In this document: in pieces, positions 41,174 to 54,343 of the stretch
How the letters are laid out: every line of letters begins with the position of its first letter
Numbering within the stretch: position 1 is the stretch's first letter
From: Nageia nagi
Taxonomy: Eukaryota; Plantae; Pinophyta
Direction of reading: 5' to 3'
Length of the DNA: 64,000 bases
Assembly (NCBI GenBank): GCA_050084985.1
Contig: JBITNC010000001.1
Coordinates: 145,762,001 to 145,826,000 of the forward strand
Notes under the pieces: model-generated
Told to the model about the DNA's origin: nothing
Database searches by the model: none
Seen by the model: only the letters and a program-made list of their open reading frames with translations
Program-made: the position numbers and the translations under genes

Positions 41174-43768
41174 TTTTATGATCTAGCCTATAAAATTTAG
41201 ATCTTGAAAGCAAACTCTTCTAATAATAAAAGTAGAAACTTATTAGAATAGTATAAGAAAATCATACAAGATAAAAATAATACAAGCATATAATGTAGTT
41301 CACTCGATGTGGGTTTCTCCACCAAGATATTTGATCATGGCAAATCCCTAATAATTTCTCATTCTCTGATTACTAAATTTCTACATCTCAAAGGGAAAAA
41401 GTATGCAATCATAACCATTGCAAGCTCTTTTTTGAATACAAAGTATAATCACACATGTTCTCTTCCTTCTCACTCCTCATACAAATTAAGAACTCATACA
41501 AATAATAATCTCCTATGAATTCATGCTAATTCAGAGTCATCAATCAATAAGCATTCTATCGATTCTTCATAATGAATCTCTAACTCAATTATGACACCAA
41601 AGGGATCCATATATAATCAATACAAGTGTACTTATACTCTTCTTTTTCCCTTGCTCCAATCTACCTTGAAGCTCCTTGGTGATTAAAGCCTCTTATTTGG
41701 TCTACATTTAAGATTCACCTTTCTTATCTCTCTAATGAAGAAATTACATATTTGTAGAACAAGAAACCTCAACCATAAATGCTAAAATAAGCATCCTATA
41801 ATTAACCTATTCCCCACTGAAGGCCTAGTTCAAATGTAAAAATAAGAAAAAGCTTAATTTTAGCCAATTCCAAAATTAACTTTTATAATTAGAAAATAAT
41901 CCAATTTTAGTGAATTCTAAAATTAAATTTTCTTTTTCTTTTTCTACCTCTAGTTCACAATTGGTCATCTATTTATAGATATGGAAATAGATAATTTTCT
42001 TTTCAATAGTTAGACTAGGTTAGACATCAAAACTAACAATCTCCTACTTGGATACTTATCCATAACAACTTTAGTTTTGTTGCATCCATTGAGGCTAAAT
42101 GTTCAACCAAATAAGAAATATCTTATCATTTACAACAACAACACCATTTTTGCATCTGTTGAATCCAACTCTTCAACAAAATAGGAAATGTCAACCCCTC
42201 CAAAGTTTTGTATTCATACTTTTTACTATGCATCATAAACAATAAGAAACCAAGTAATCCTACCTATCACTCCTTTATGATACTTCACATATCCATTGTT
42301 GTCCATGCACCATGCTAATACAACCATCACCATATTTAACAAGATTCATATACTATATTTGCATATATAGTATGCTCATACATAATGCAACTTACCACAA
42401 CCTCATCATGTGATCCATATTAAACTTATGTGATAGCACACATTTCATACCCAAACCTTTGATAATATTTTCACTAATCCCACTACTTTATTAATCTCTT
42501 ATCATTCATAATTAAGAATAATACATTTGAACCCTTTCTAATATAATGTACATCCATAAATATAGAGGAGATAAAGGAAATAGAAGTGGTTAACTAGCTC
42601 ATTTACCATGTATCCAAAATCTTCCAAAATAATGAATACAAGCTTAAACCAGGTTTTCTATTCTAACAATCTTGCAAATAGTGATATAACCATGTTCTCT
42701 TCATAGTTAATATATCCATGATCTTCAAAAGATATTAAAACCTTTAGTAACATATCACTTGCTACACTTTCTTTTCATCCTTCTCCTTAATCTTTGTTAA
42801 GAGATCATTGGATTATAGGCCCACCATAATTTCTCTTTTTTTATTCTTTTATGCTCCCACTCAAACCAAAAAATCCCTTATTTCTTTCCAAGATATACTC
42901 CAACATGACTTTGATACCATTGTTATGATCTAGATCTAGCTTATCAAAATATGATCTTGAGAGAAAAGCCTTCTAATAATTAAAGTGGAAACTTATTATA
43001 TGAACATGAGAAAACCATCCAAGATAAGAAGAAAACAAGGATATAATCTTATTCACCTAATTTGGGATACTCTACCAAGATATTTTATCCTTATATTAAA
43101 TCAATAGCAAACTTCAAAGGAAATAATCATGCATTCATAATTGTTGTAACCTCCTCTTTGAATATAAATTATTTTTGCACATCTTCTATTTTGTCTCACT
43201 CCTTACACAAATGAATAACTCTTACAAACTATAATAACTAATGAATTCATGCTAATTGATACCAATCAATCAATAAGGATGTTATTTGTTCTTCACAATG
43301 AATATCCAATTCAATTTTTTGCACCGAAGGTACCCACCTATAGTTAATAGAGTTGTACATATCCTCTTCCTTTTCACTTTTTCCAATATACCTTGAAGTT
43401 TCTTGAGGCTTAAAGTATCCTCTATGATCTATATTAAATATTCCCCTTGCTTACCTCTCTAATAAAAGAATCACATGTTTATAAAATAAGAAACCTCAAC
43501 CATACATGCTAAAACAAGCATCCCATAACTAACCTAATCCCCACTGAAGGCTTGATTAAAAAAAAGGTTATAATTAGAAAAAGCTTAATTTTATCTAATT
43601 CTAAAGTTAAATTTCACTATTAAAAAAAAATGCCCATTTTTATGCAATTCTAAAATTTTCCTTTTTTAGTTTTTAATTGCTAGTTCAAAATTATTCTTCT
43701 ATAGATTGATTTGGAAATAGAGAATTGCCTTCTTAATACTTAGATTAGATCAGACTTTAAAACTAACA
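41174..43768 (-). mobile_element. Old non-autonomous Copia-like LTR element (LTRs 42921-43768 and 41174-42038, interior about 880 bp)
   Basis: Two diverged direct repeats both end in AACTAACA. Minus-strand PBS TGGTATCAAAG at 42909-42919. PPT-like CAAGTAGGAGAT at 42039-42050. TSD CAAAT/AAAAT. The empty site is visible at about 56612. Confidence 0.88.
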
Positions 43769-44096
43769 AAAATCTCATATAATTTTCTAACCTATAATAG
43801 AGAGTAATCAATATCACTCAAAAATACATAATAGCAATGTAAATGAGCAAAGCTTTGGGTTTGGAATTTCTTATTCTTCTTATAAGCATTATGATTCTAC
43901 AACTAGTTTCCATCAAATTTTTGAAATAAAAGAGTGCATTGTAGAATTATAGTTTTAAATTTATAATCTTTTATAAATTTATATTTCCTATTATGATTTT
44001 CTCTAATAAACCAAAAGAATACATAAAATTACATTCCAAATTATATGACCTACTATATATAGCCATGTTCATAAACCATGATAAAGATTACAAATA

Positions 44097-45863
44097 TTTT
44101 ATCTAGTAGGGTGGGTGGGGAGAAGAGCAACTCATATGAAACACATGAGTGAAAAGTATGGCACATATAGAGGAGCATGTGTAAGGAATTGGCATGCCTA
44201 ATATCTATATTATTACCATGAATTGAGTAGTGTATATACATAGATAGGAAAGATATATGGAAGGATAAAATTTGAATCCTAGGGTGGCAGCTTAGGAATT
44301 ATGATATAGAGAGAAACACCTATAGCTCTTTAATGTTTTGGCTACATACAAAGAATACAATGAGCTAGAAGCAACTATAATCAACTATAGGAGATGAGTT
44401 TATATAGGAACAAATTATCTAATGAATCCTATGTAAAAGGGGAATAGAAGGATTTGTAGATACTTTAAATGGCCATAGCACCAATTGTTCAAGACAAGTT
44501 GTAGTGATATGGATTGGGGTAGACTTATTGTAGATGGGTGCCATTTTGTAATCAATTTTAAATTGGTTGAAGTTCCTACAAGTATGTTCAATAATGGCTA
44601 TAATCATAATAGGGAGATGTGAAAACCAATATTTTAAGTGTAGTCTTTCTATAGGTAGAGGGTGCCTCTATTAAAGATAAGTAAATTGGCCTATCCAATC
44701 ACCTCAATACAGTACCCCTAGTACAAGGTGGTGAAGGTAATTATTAAATTATTTAATATGGAGGGTATATATTTTGAACTATTTGGGATCCATTTTATTT
44801 TATTGAACAACTTCAAAGGAATGTATATAATCAATTTTACCTACTTTCTATATAATTTATTGAATATATGCCTAAAACTTAGGGGAGGGGTGTCTGTTCA
44901 TCGAGGATTAATCAAGATTATTATTGATCATGAGCACACTAATGTAAGAAGGTTGAGGCCTTTAATACAACATATTATCAAACCTCTTTTAGTTGACCCA
45001 AAAACCATAAAGTCTTCTAATAGGAGCTCAAGACTATGGCTTTCTCTAATAGTGAAGCCTATCACACCCTCAATAATTATTTTCTCTTCAAAATTTGAGG
45101 GCTTTTATTAGAATATGGATATAATGAATTCATTAAGAGAAAAATAAGTAAATTTATAGTGGATTCTAAAGATGAAGATGAAGATGAAGAGGATGAGGAT
45201 GAGGAATCGCCCCCCCAAAGAAGAAACTCACCAGTCTTTACTAGCAATGGAGGAAATGGATATTGAAGGTAATTCTCCTATGAGAACCCAAAGCTAATAG
45301 AATGAGGTTGCTCATAAAAATATCCAATCTCCTTTAGAGAAATATATTCCTTAGATGGATAGCTATGAGAATGACTTTGAAGGCCCAAGTAAGCTGATGA
45401 CTCTTATTCTAAAGATGAAATTTTAGAAAATCTCTAGGAAGCAAAGGTATTTTTAAGAATGGGAATGAATTGGATAGCAAGGAAGAGAATGGAGGAATGT
45501 TATATTGGTTATAAAGACAATGAAGATCATTCAATACCTATGTTAGAACAAATAGAAGCTCTATTGGGATTGATGAAAGGTAACTCTAGCCTTCACATAA
45601 AAGGAAATCCCTATGGCTATTCTAGGATTACTTTAACAAGAAAGAACTAAACTTTGAGGTATATTGAAGCTCAATGGTACAACTAGTGTGTGGAAGAGAT
45701 AGATTCTCATAGGATTTTGTTTAAACTATGGGGAAATTTTGTTATAGTTTCTTGCATCATATGTAATAACATAAAATATATATACACTAATGTACACATA
45801 GATTTTGGGATCCTATATTTTGGAAAATATGTTATAAATTTTTACCCTTATTGAAAAAAAAAA
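44097..45863 (+). mobile_element. Poly(A)-tailed 1.77-kb insertion containing a decayed retrotransposon accessory ORF
   Basis: Absent from the paralog at about 56960. Ends in A10 (45854-45863). Flanks are AAAGATTACAAATA / AAAAATTATAAATA. Encodes IIKLFNMEGIYFELFGIHFILLNNF...INFTYFLYNLL...HRGLIKII followed by an acidic tract. Confidence 0.6.
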
Positions 45864-46292
45864 TTATAAATAATATACTTGGATCTCTTCATAATCCATC
45901 AAGGATAATCTTTGAATATACAAAAAATCATCAACATGTAAATGTATAACATCATTACAAAAACAAGTTAAATAGGATATCAAATCTCATAATAGATAAA
46001 ATTAGATCCTAATCTTGATCAAAACTAAAAAAATAATATTGCATATTAGAAACTCATTATAAATTTCATGTGATGTTATTGCATTTGGATAAGTCTTTGA
46101 ATCCCTTTCTTAGGTTTTTGGGTCTTCCAAAAATAATCACTTTATTATGTCATCCTCTTTATTAATGTCATCCATAGAATATTATAGTTTGACATCTATA
46201 TCTCCTATTCCTTCCATTTTATACTTCTTTTCTGTAATAAGAATAAACATAATTCAAATGATATTATATTTACAACAATAATAAGAACTCAC

Positions 46293-47253
46293 TTTGGTAA
46301 TAAAGTGTTCACATACTTTTGAAAAGATGGTAATACACTTGTGATCTTCAACTTGCAATGCTCTTTTAGAAATCAACAAATATTTTATGAAGAAAGAATC
46401 ACTGAATGCACACTGTGGTCCTTATAATTGTTGCACTAATTTGATGAGGAATATATTAAGGAGAAATTGGTATTCATTAAATAGAGCTCTATTAAAGTTT
46501 CAATTTTTCTAGATACCTCATTACTTTTACATATGCTAATGAGAGGACTTGACATTCTCCCATATTTTTTAAATTACTTTAGATTTAACAATAAAGAGGT
46601 TATTAAATTTGAAATATAATATTTTCTAAGTTAAATTTAGTAATAAATTTTTTTTTGATGTTTAGATTATGTATTTATATATTTAATAAGAGATATAAAT
46701 GATTATTTGATTGTTGTAGAGGATGATATGTTTTCTACCAAATTTCTAGTATTTTAAAAGAGTAAGCTCTAGATATCATTGATGTTTGAAATGAGATTTT
46801 TAATTTGATGATGTTGAAAGATTATTGTAAAAGTGATTTAGAGTGATTTTTAACTTCACAAAGGTGTTAATTTTTGGGACTAAATTATATGCATTTTGGG
46901 TCTATGGTATTAGAACATAAATATTTTAGGAGTAGGGTACTAGATTAAGGATATTTTAATATAGATGCTTAAACATAAGTGGATTGGTTTATGTCCATGC
47001 TTTAAGATATGTTTTATTCAACATAGTTATAAGTATATGATATTCAAAATAATAAAAAAAAAATTAATTTGGTAACAAAGTATTCACATGCCTTTGAAGA
47101 GAATGTAATACACTTGTGATCTTCAACCTACAATGCTCTTCCAAAAATCACCAAATATTTTATGGAGATAGAATCAATAGGTGTACAATAATTGTTGTAA
47201 TAATTTGACGAGGAAGAGATTAAAATAAAATGTTATTCATTAAGTAGAGCTCT
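46293..47253 (+). repeat. Local direct duplication of about 190 bp (46293-46490 and 47068-47253)
   Basis: Both copies share TTTGGTAA.AAAGT.TTCACAT, GTAATACACTTGTGATCTTCAAC, CAAATATTTTATG and TAGAGCTCT. Confidence 0.85.
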
Positions 47254-50200
47254 AATATTTATTTTTGTAGAAAATTTAAAAAGAACATATTTTAACATAT
47301 AAAAATACAAACTACACTTATTGTGTTAGGTTTGTTAACTATAATATATCTTGAGATACATGATATTCATTTATTTAAAAAGATCCTTATTTACATTATT
47401 ACTAAATTCTATTACTTAAATATGAACTTTTAAGTGATGATATAAGGGGAAAGCAAAGTAGGATCGAGTTTCCCTTCAAATATTTCTCTCACTTATCTTT
47501 TGGTTAAAATTTCTTACTATATTTTGTATTTATCCTATTGTACTATTATTTAGTGTATTCTAATATACAATGCCTCTTCTTATATAATTGTTGCAAATGT
47601 TATAACCTTATTTTCCTTTTATATTCTTTTTAAATTATATCTTTAAGTGAACCCCTAATAGAACATATAAACAATTATAAAATAACCACAACCTCCTTAC
47701 ACTAAACTAATGAGAAAGTAATTACACCTATTTAAATTTTAGTGTTGGTCTCATAAGACCATAATGAGAAATAGTAGCTAAGTATAGGAATCTTTTACAC
47801 AATTAACTACTATTTTTAATAAAATATTAAACATTTTATGTTTTATTCCTTTCTCTAGATCACTTTTTCTAAGTATAATACAATCTTTTTTAATTTTTAT
47901 TCAATATAATACTTCTTACAAAATGTCTTCAATTCCTTTGTTATAAATTTAGTTCCATTATCCATTGAGTTGGAATGAAACCCTAAATCTTATGATAATG
48001 TTATTATGATGAAGTTTATAATATATTCAACTATTTTAAATAATGCTAAGTGTATTTATTATGCCCATTTTATAAAATATTTATTGTTATTATGTTAAAC
48101 TCATTAATATCCTATAAGTTGATATTAACCATTACAATGATATTTATACTATAAATATAAAATAAACACAAACAAACTAGATATAGTTAAGTTCTTATAT
48201 AGAAGTGTACTTAAGGATTAATTCTTTTTGGCATTTTCATACATTCCTATGAAGATATTATAATCTTGTTCTATGATGAGATAAAAATATGTATTTGTTA
48301 ATAATATTTGAAATATCATTTTTACACTAATGTTGTAAATATAAATTATTTTATGGGTGTGCCAATTAATATCATTAATTTTATTTATTGAAATTGGTTG
48401 TAAAAATTTGGGTGTAATATACACCACTCAAAAAGTCACAACCCAATTTCTAACCACCATAATAATTTTTTTGACATAAACTGAAAGCAAGAAACCTTAA
48501 ACCCCCTTATAATCATTTTCTACCATTTATCATAATATAATAAATATGTACATATTGTTAAGTTAAAAAATTTAATAATAATTTATTTTTCATATAATTA
48601 ATGTCTTTCATTATCTATATAAACATAACATACATATGGATAATAGGTTTATTGTAATTTTTTTATAATTATTTTTTTACAAGAATCAGTATCCCCTTTT
48701 AATTTTTGGTTTACAAATCAATGAAATACAACAAATTGGATTTTGAATTACAAGCTCACTACTAATAAAATTTTACAATGTAATTATAGCATACTATTTC
48801 TACATATTTTTTGAAATCCAATCATTGGATCACATAAACCTTCATTATAAGTTATCATAGTTCTAAATATATTTATACTAATAACTTGTTTCTATGTAAG
48901 TATATATTACAACTTTTCTTTGAAAAACCCAAATAAAATCATCAAGTTCCTTATCCAAATAGTTATTCATCATATCCATAACTATTTAATTTCTCATTTA
49001 ACAATTAAATAATTAGTAACTTATACACATGAAAGGATAAATCATTAATTCAAATAAATTACTGGATAGAGTTCATCCTTCCATGATAACCTAGTTATCT
49101 TATGACCAACAAGATAGTGTATGGTATTATTAATTCAAATATTATATTCTTCCGCATTGGATATCATTGGAGCTTATGCCTTGTGCACATACATCATATA
49201 ACAAACAATCAAGCATAACCTTGATGATGTCAAACACATAGTCCAAGGGGATCAAGTATTCCTAAGCTCATTCAATTTTAATCAAAATAGATTTAATAAA
49301 ATGGTATACTATAAATATTAATAAAACATGTCAATTTCCTATTGCTAAATTCCTAAAGGAACTCGTATCCTTACTAGTTTATTCACAAACTCAACCTTGT
49401 ATATACTTTATTTAAAAATAATTACATGTGGATACAAAACTAATTTTACCATAATTGTAATGAATTTTAAAATCCAAATAAAATCCCTACTCTAATACCT
49501 TGATATTCACTTTAAAATTTTAACCCAAGTTTTTACTTTATTTGAAGAAAGACTAAAGATATGGAATCATGAATAATTTAACTGAGTTGAAACAATCTTA
49601 CGAGATCCACATAATAAACCTCATTCTTAAAAAAAGCAACATTGTATTCAATTTTAACTTAAAATTAATTATGTTTTAATTTAATTGTAAATAAAACTCA
49701 TAAAAGAAATATTATAATAGAATTTACAAAACTCATGTAAGGATATAACACAATTGAGAATATTGAAAAATCTTAATCGACTAGTTGTATCTATCCTTAT
49801 AGAAATAGTTTGAATATAATATCCTAATAAAATTTCTTATGTAAATAAATGAAGGTAATGTAGGATAGGAAAAATAAAAATAACAATATTAAATAATCCT
49901 AATGCCTACATAGAGAGAAGTGGACAAGGATAAAGGATAGTGAAAATAAATTATATTCAATGAGTAATAAACTAGTGCCTATCAAGATGTGAAATCAACT
50001 ACATACATGTGATACTTACTTGGTACTAATGAAAGGAAGTAAGATATGAACAAATAATGGTAATAAAGATATAACACAAAATCATAACTCATCGAAATAT
50101 TAGAAAATTATCATTGTCAATCCTCAATAGGCCATCATCCATTCTTAGTAGGCTATTAGTGAGCCTTAATGGGCCACCATTATTCATTATTTGGAAAACC

Positions 50201-53200
50201 ATGTATCATGATCAACTTCAATTATTTTTTCACTTGATTGAATATCAAAAATATGTATATTAATGATAGAATATCTTGTATAATATATATAGAGTATCTA
50301 AACATTTTTCTTAATAAGGTAGTGTTGAATAACATCTAGAAGGAAGCATGCAACTATCAAGATAAAAGTTCATTTCCAAATATGTTTTCATAGCTGAATT
50401 ATATTTATAATGGATTTATAAAGGATTCCATGATATAATCTACTCCTTGTGTCAGTGCCTACACCTTAGGCCAAGTATCACCTACAAAACATAATATACA
50501 TTAGTCCATAATGTAACAATTGATCTATTCCCAAATTTACAAACCCTAAAATTTTAGACCTACTTTTTTATTTAATTTAAAAACTCAAATGGTCTAGGAA
50601 TGGAAAAGGTAATCCATATGAGCATATAAACCTTTTAACCAATCCTACTCAATATGTTTCTAGTGTTCACTTCTAAATGTTCATCCCATTGGAAAACACC
50701 ACATAGTTTACCCCACCATTTTTTTCATAAATTGTGCAATAGAAATTTTGTTCATGGTGTAGTGGTTTCCTACTTAGGGCCCATGTCACCTGACATAACA
50801 CTCATACATAAGGTTATACATCATTCCTGATGGTAACCCTCCAATTCATAGGTGTAGATAGATTGTCCTAGGCAATCCTCCATATTAAATGGGTAAGTAT
50901 AATCACCTATGGAATAATTTTCATATTCCCATTTTCTAAAATGTAGACAGTATGACTACTTGTTACCTATTGGCTAGGCTCACCATGAAGTCTAGCATCC
51001 TTGTGTGCATATCTTGGGAAGCCATGGGTATTAGAATAATACCCTTGAGTAGTTTGTATATTCTAATAAGTTTTAAGCAAGATTATAAAGAAAACCATCA
51101 CCACTCTAACATCCCTAGAAATAATTGATCTCAGACTAATTCTTAGCTTTATTGGGTTTCATGTTTGAATAAAGTATAAGAATGTCCTTACAATCTTATT
51201 AAAGAAATGATGTTTTATATTAATAAATATATTTGATATACAAAAAATAGTAAATTCATCAATCATGCATAAAATTTCCAAATAATCTTTTTCATCAAGC
51301 CATCAAATAATATTCAATACTACTTTACTATAAATATCTATATGCATGATGGGGTACAAAGAATGTTACTTTCAAAGTATATCATAGGCTAGAGTAGAAT
51401 AACAAGCCCTGAGATATAGCTTAAGGTGAATACTTATGACAAGGGAGTGTGATGTAGAGTATAACATACCTAGCAAATTTATTTTGGATGTCATTTAACA
51501 AACTTATGACAACAAAGGATTGACTAAGTTTTCTTTTTAAATAAGTGTCTCTATAATTATATAATCCATAATTTCTTAGCTAGTTTTTTAAAATAATTTG
51601 TTTGTATGCTCTATAAATCATTTAATCATCTTCTAATATTGGTTTAAGGTTTATATTATCTTCTACTTTCCTTCTAGGGTTTTATCACCTTGATTAGGCT
51701 TTCTTGAAAGATCATCTAAAAACCCTAATATTTTACTTAAGTTTGAACTAAGACATTATCATGCTAATCCTGTCTTTATCATTATAATCATTCAAAGTTG
51801 TACATTTTCTCAAATATAACACCATAGATTCTTTAATATTTATTATCATTATAAGATATTAATTATTTTATATCCCATACCTTTGATTAAATATTCCAAG
51901 TGTGTTCCCCTATTATGTGAGTCTTATCCATGTGTCATAATAAGGTTCCATATATCACCATAAATAGGTTAGAAAATTTAATGTAATATTTACTATGTAT
52001 CACCAAATAACTATTTTCATATGATCACATTAGGGTTCTTGTTCCATTGTTTATTTAACTTCCCAAGATATTATTTATAGTCTCATAAATAGTTTTTATA
52101 CATTTAAGAACATAACATAGGGTGAAAAAAATCAAACTTGTATCCTAGATTATCAAAAATGAATTACATATGGATACTAGATGATCTTATTTGATACATA
52201 AATTAATACTTACTTACATTTGTTATACAAATGAATATATATCAATGGGTAATAGCTTCATTTCATACCTTAATGTGTTTTATGATGATAATAATATATC
52301 AAGAATTAGGGTAACCTAATTTATACATCATCATGTATGACACATTTAATTACACATAGGTTTCCATACAATCAATAGAGGGAGTTAACATCATAATTTT
52401 GTAGAGATTTATCATAGAAGGTCTTCATTACATCTTCATCCCTTTATAGCTTCTTGCCATCTTCTTCTTTCACATTCCTCCCAAGAATCTAAGATTTATT
52501 AGATTTAGGTACTAAGAAAGGTCTTAGAGTATTTGAGGATTAAGATAACTCTTTTTATGAACAAAATGCATCCTACACTATTACTTTACATACAATTAAT
52601 TGACAATCAATAATTAATACCTTATTCCTCGACCTCAAGAGGTTTTATATTCTTACTAGAACTACCTCCCTTCCTTGGTCATAGGGTAAAGTTTTGCAAT
52701 TTAATCATTTCACATACATCAAATCTATTTCAAAGGAATACTATTTAATTAATTGAAAATATCACTATTCTACAAGGTTCATCCTCAAATAGTTCCAACA
52801 TGGTCTATTCTCAAGTTGGTACTACTATTTAAATACAAGATTCTCCCTCAAATAGTATTAATAATCAATAAATTATGTAAACATCATAATATTAATAAAA
52901 TTCAATTAATCAACATGGTTCACCTATAAAATTATCATAATCTATTAATTCTCATAAGCACCATTTGTGGGAATACATACATACTCTACTAAAGTTCATT
53001 TTGAAAACATTTATATCAAATAATTTCTTCTTTTAAACTCATATAAAGGAAATTCAATATAATTTATTATAGAGTTTTCATTTGAACAGCCTTATCATCC
53101 ATCTATACAAATTTATTTCAATAAGTTTATTGTAATCCTTTTGTAAATTAAAAAAAAATATTTAAAAGAAATATTAATGGAGGCTTTGCATAGTGAGTAA

Positions 53201-54232
53201 ATGGCAAGGTTTCAAAACCATGGTGAAAAATGATTGGAAAGAATTCTTTTCGACATAGAGACTTATTTACTCTCCCTACTTCTTTACCTTAGGAAGGATT
53301 ACTAAAGTTTATTAGCACACTTGTTATCTCAATCCTTATTTTCTATATAAAAAGATATCAATATAAAGGGAACACAAAATAGATAATTTACAAGACATGA
53401 ATGTAAACTTACGTCATGGGTAATACCCCTCTCAAAGTGTACATTTGATCCAAAATCCATCAGCATGCTACTGTGGGATTATTGTTTATCTCAAGTCACA
53501 TTTTTCAAAGGTAATATAAGTGTTTTAACTTCAATGCTATAAGAAATGCATAAAAAATATCATTTGACATCTTTGGAAGTGTATACTAATTAATAGAGTA
53601 AGTAAAAAACAAGTGTAAGCATCATAGAGTGATTTTTAGTGGAGCCTTGTAGGTTTAGGAATACAAGAGAGAGAGAGAGAGAAAATGTAGAAATGGATGG
53701 AGAGTAAGCATAATGTCATGTAAACTCATACGAAGACCATGAGAGGGAGAGAGCATAGAAATAAGTGGGGAATAAGCATTACAGTATACCAAGACTAGGA
53801 GAGGAAGAAAATCTACTTGGCGGCTAGTCTTCTACACATCCTAGTACAATATTCATTCCTAAATCTCATCCATCCATAGGAAATCAAGTGGTTTATCAAG
53901 GAGAGGAATTTCTAATACTAGTTTGAAAGATGGTGTAGTAATTCAAAGTCCAAAGTGAGTAGGTTTTAGAGGTTTAAATTTTACTTATTTGAAGACTTAC
54001 GAGCTAGCTCAAATGAGATAATAGGATTCATGGTAACACCAAATTATAGAGGATATAAGTGTCCTAATGGAATCAATTGGAGATGAGTTTCTTAGATGCA
54101 CTTTACCATAGTAAAACATAATTTAAAAGAATCAAAAGTGATGTTTCTAGTACACCCCTCCTTTCTAATGGTTTTGAGGGTGTCTTAGGCAAGATTGGAT
54201 TAATTAAAGATGGGTATCAATGTGTGGTTCAA

Positions 54233-54242
<10 letters not shown>

Positions 54243-54331
<89 letters not shown>

Positions 54332-54343
54332 ATGTACGTATAT
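54243..54343. repeat. Compound microsatellite (TA)n(TG)n(TATG)n
   Basis: Read directly from the sequence. Confidence 0.98.

Larger units (their letters stand above)
40795..46050 (+). repeat. Decayed duplicate of 56443-57157, now split by three insertions
   Basis: 40795-40850 matches 56443-56500; 41155-41173 plus 43769-44096 matches 56597-56960; 45876-46050 matches 56985-57157. Confidence 0.9.

Noticed and set aside
50300-52900. Very decayed minus-strand LINE RT; similar hints at 7400-11800
   Set aside because: Only vague motif echoes; I could not read a convincing YADD or QGDP motif.
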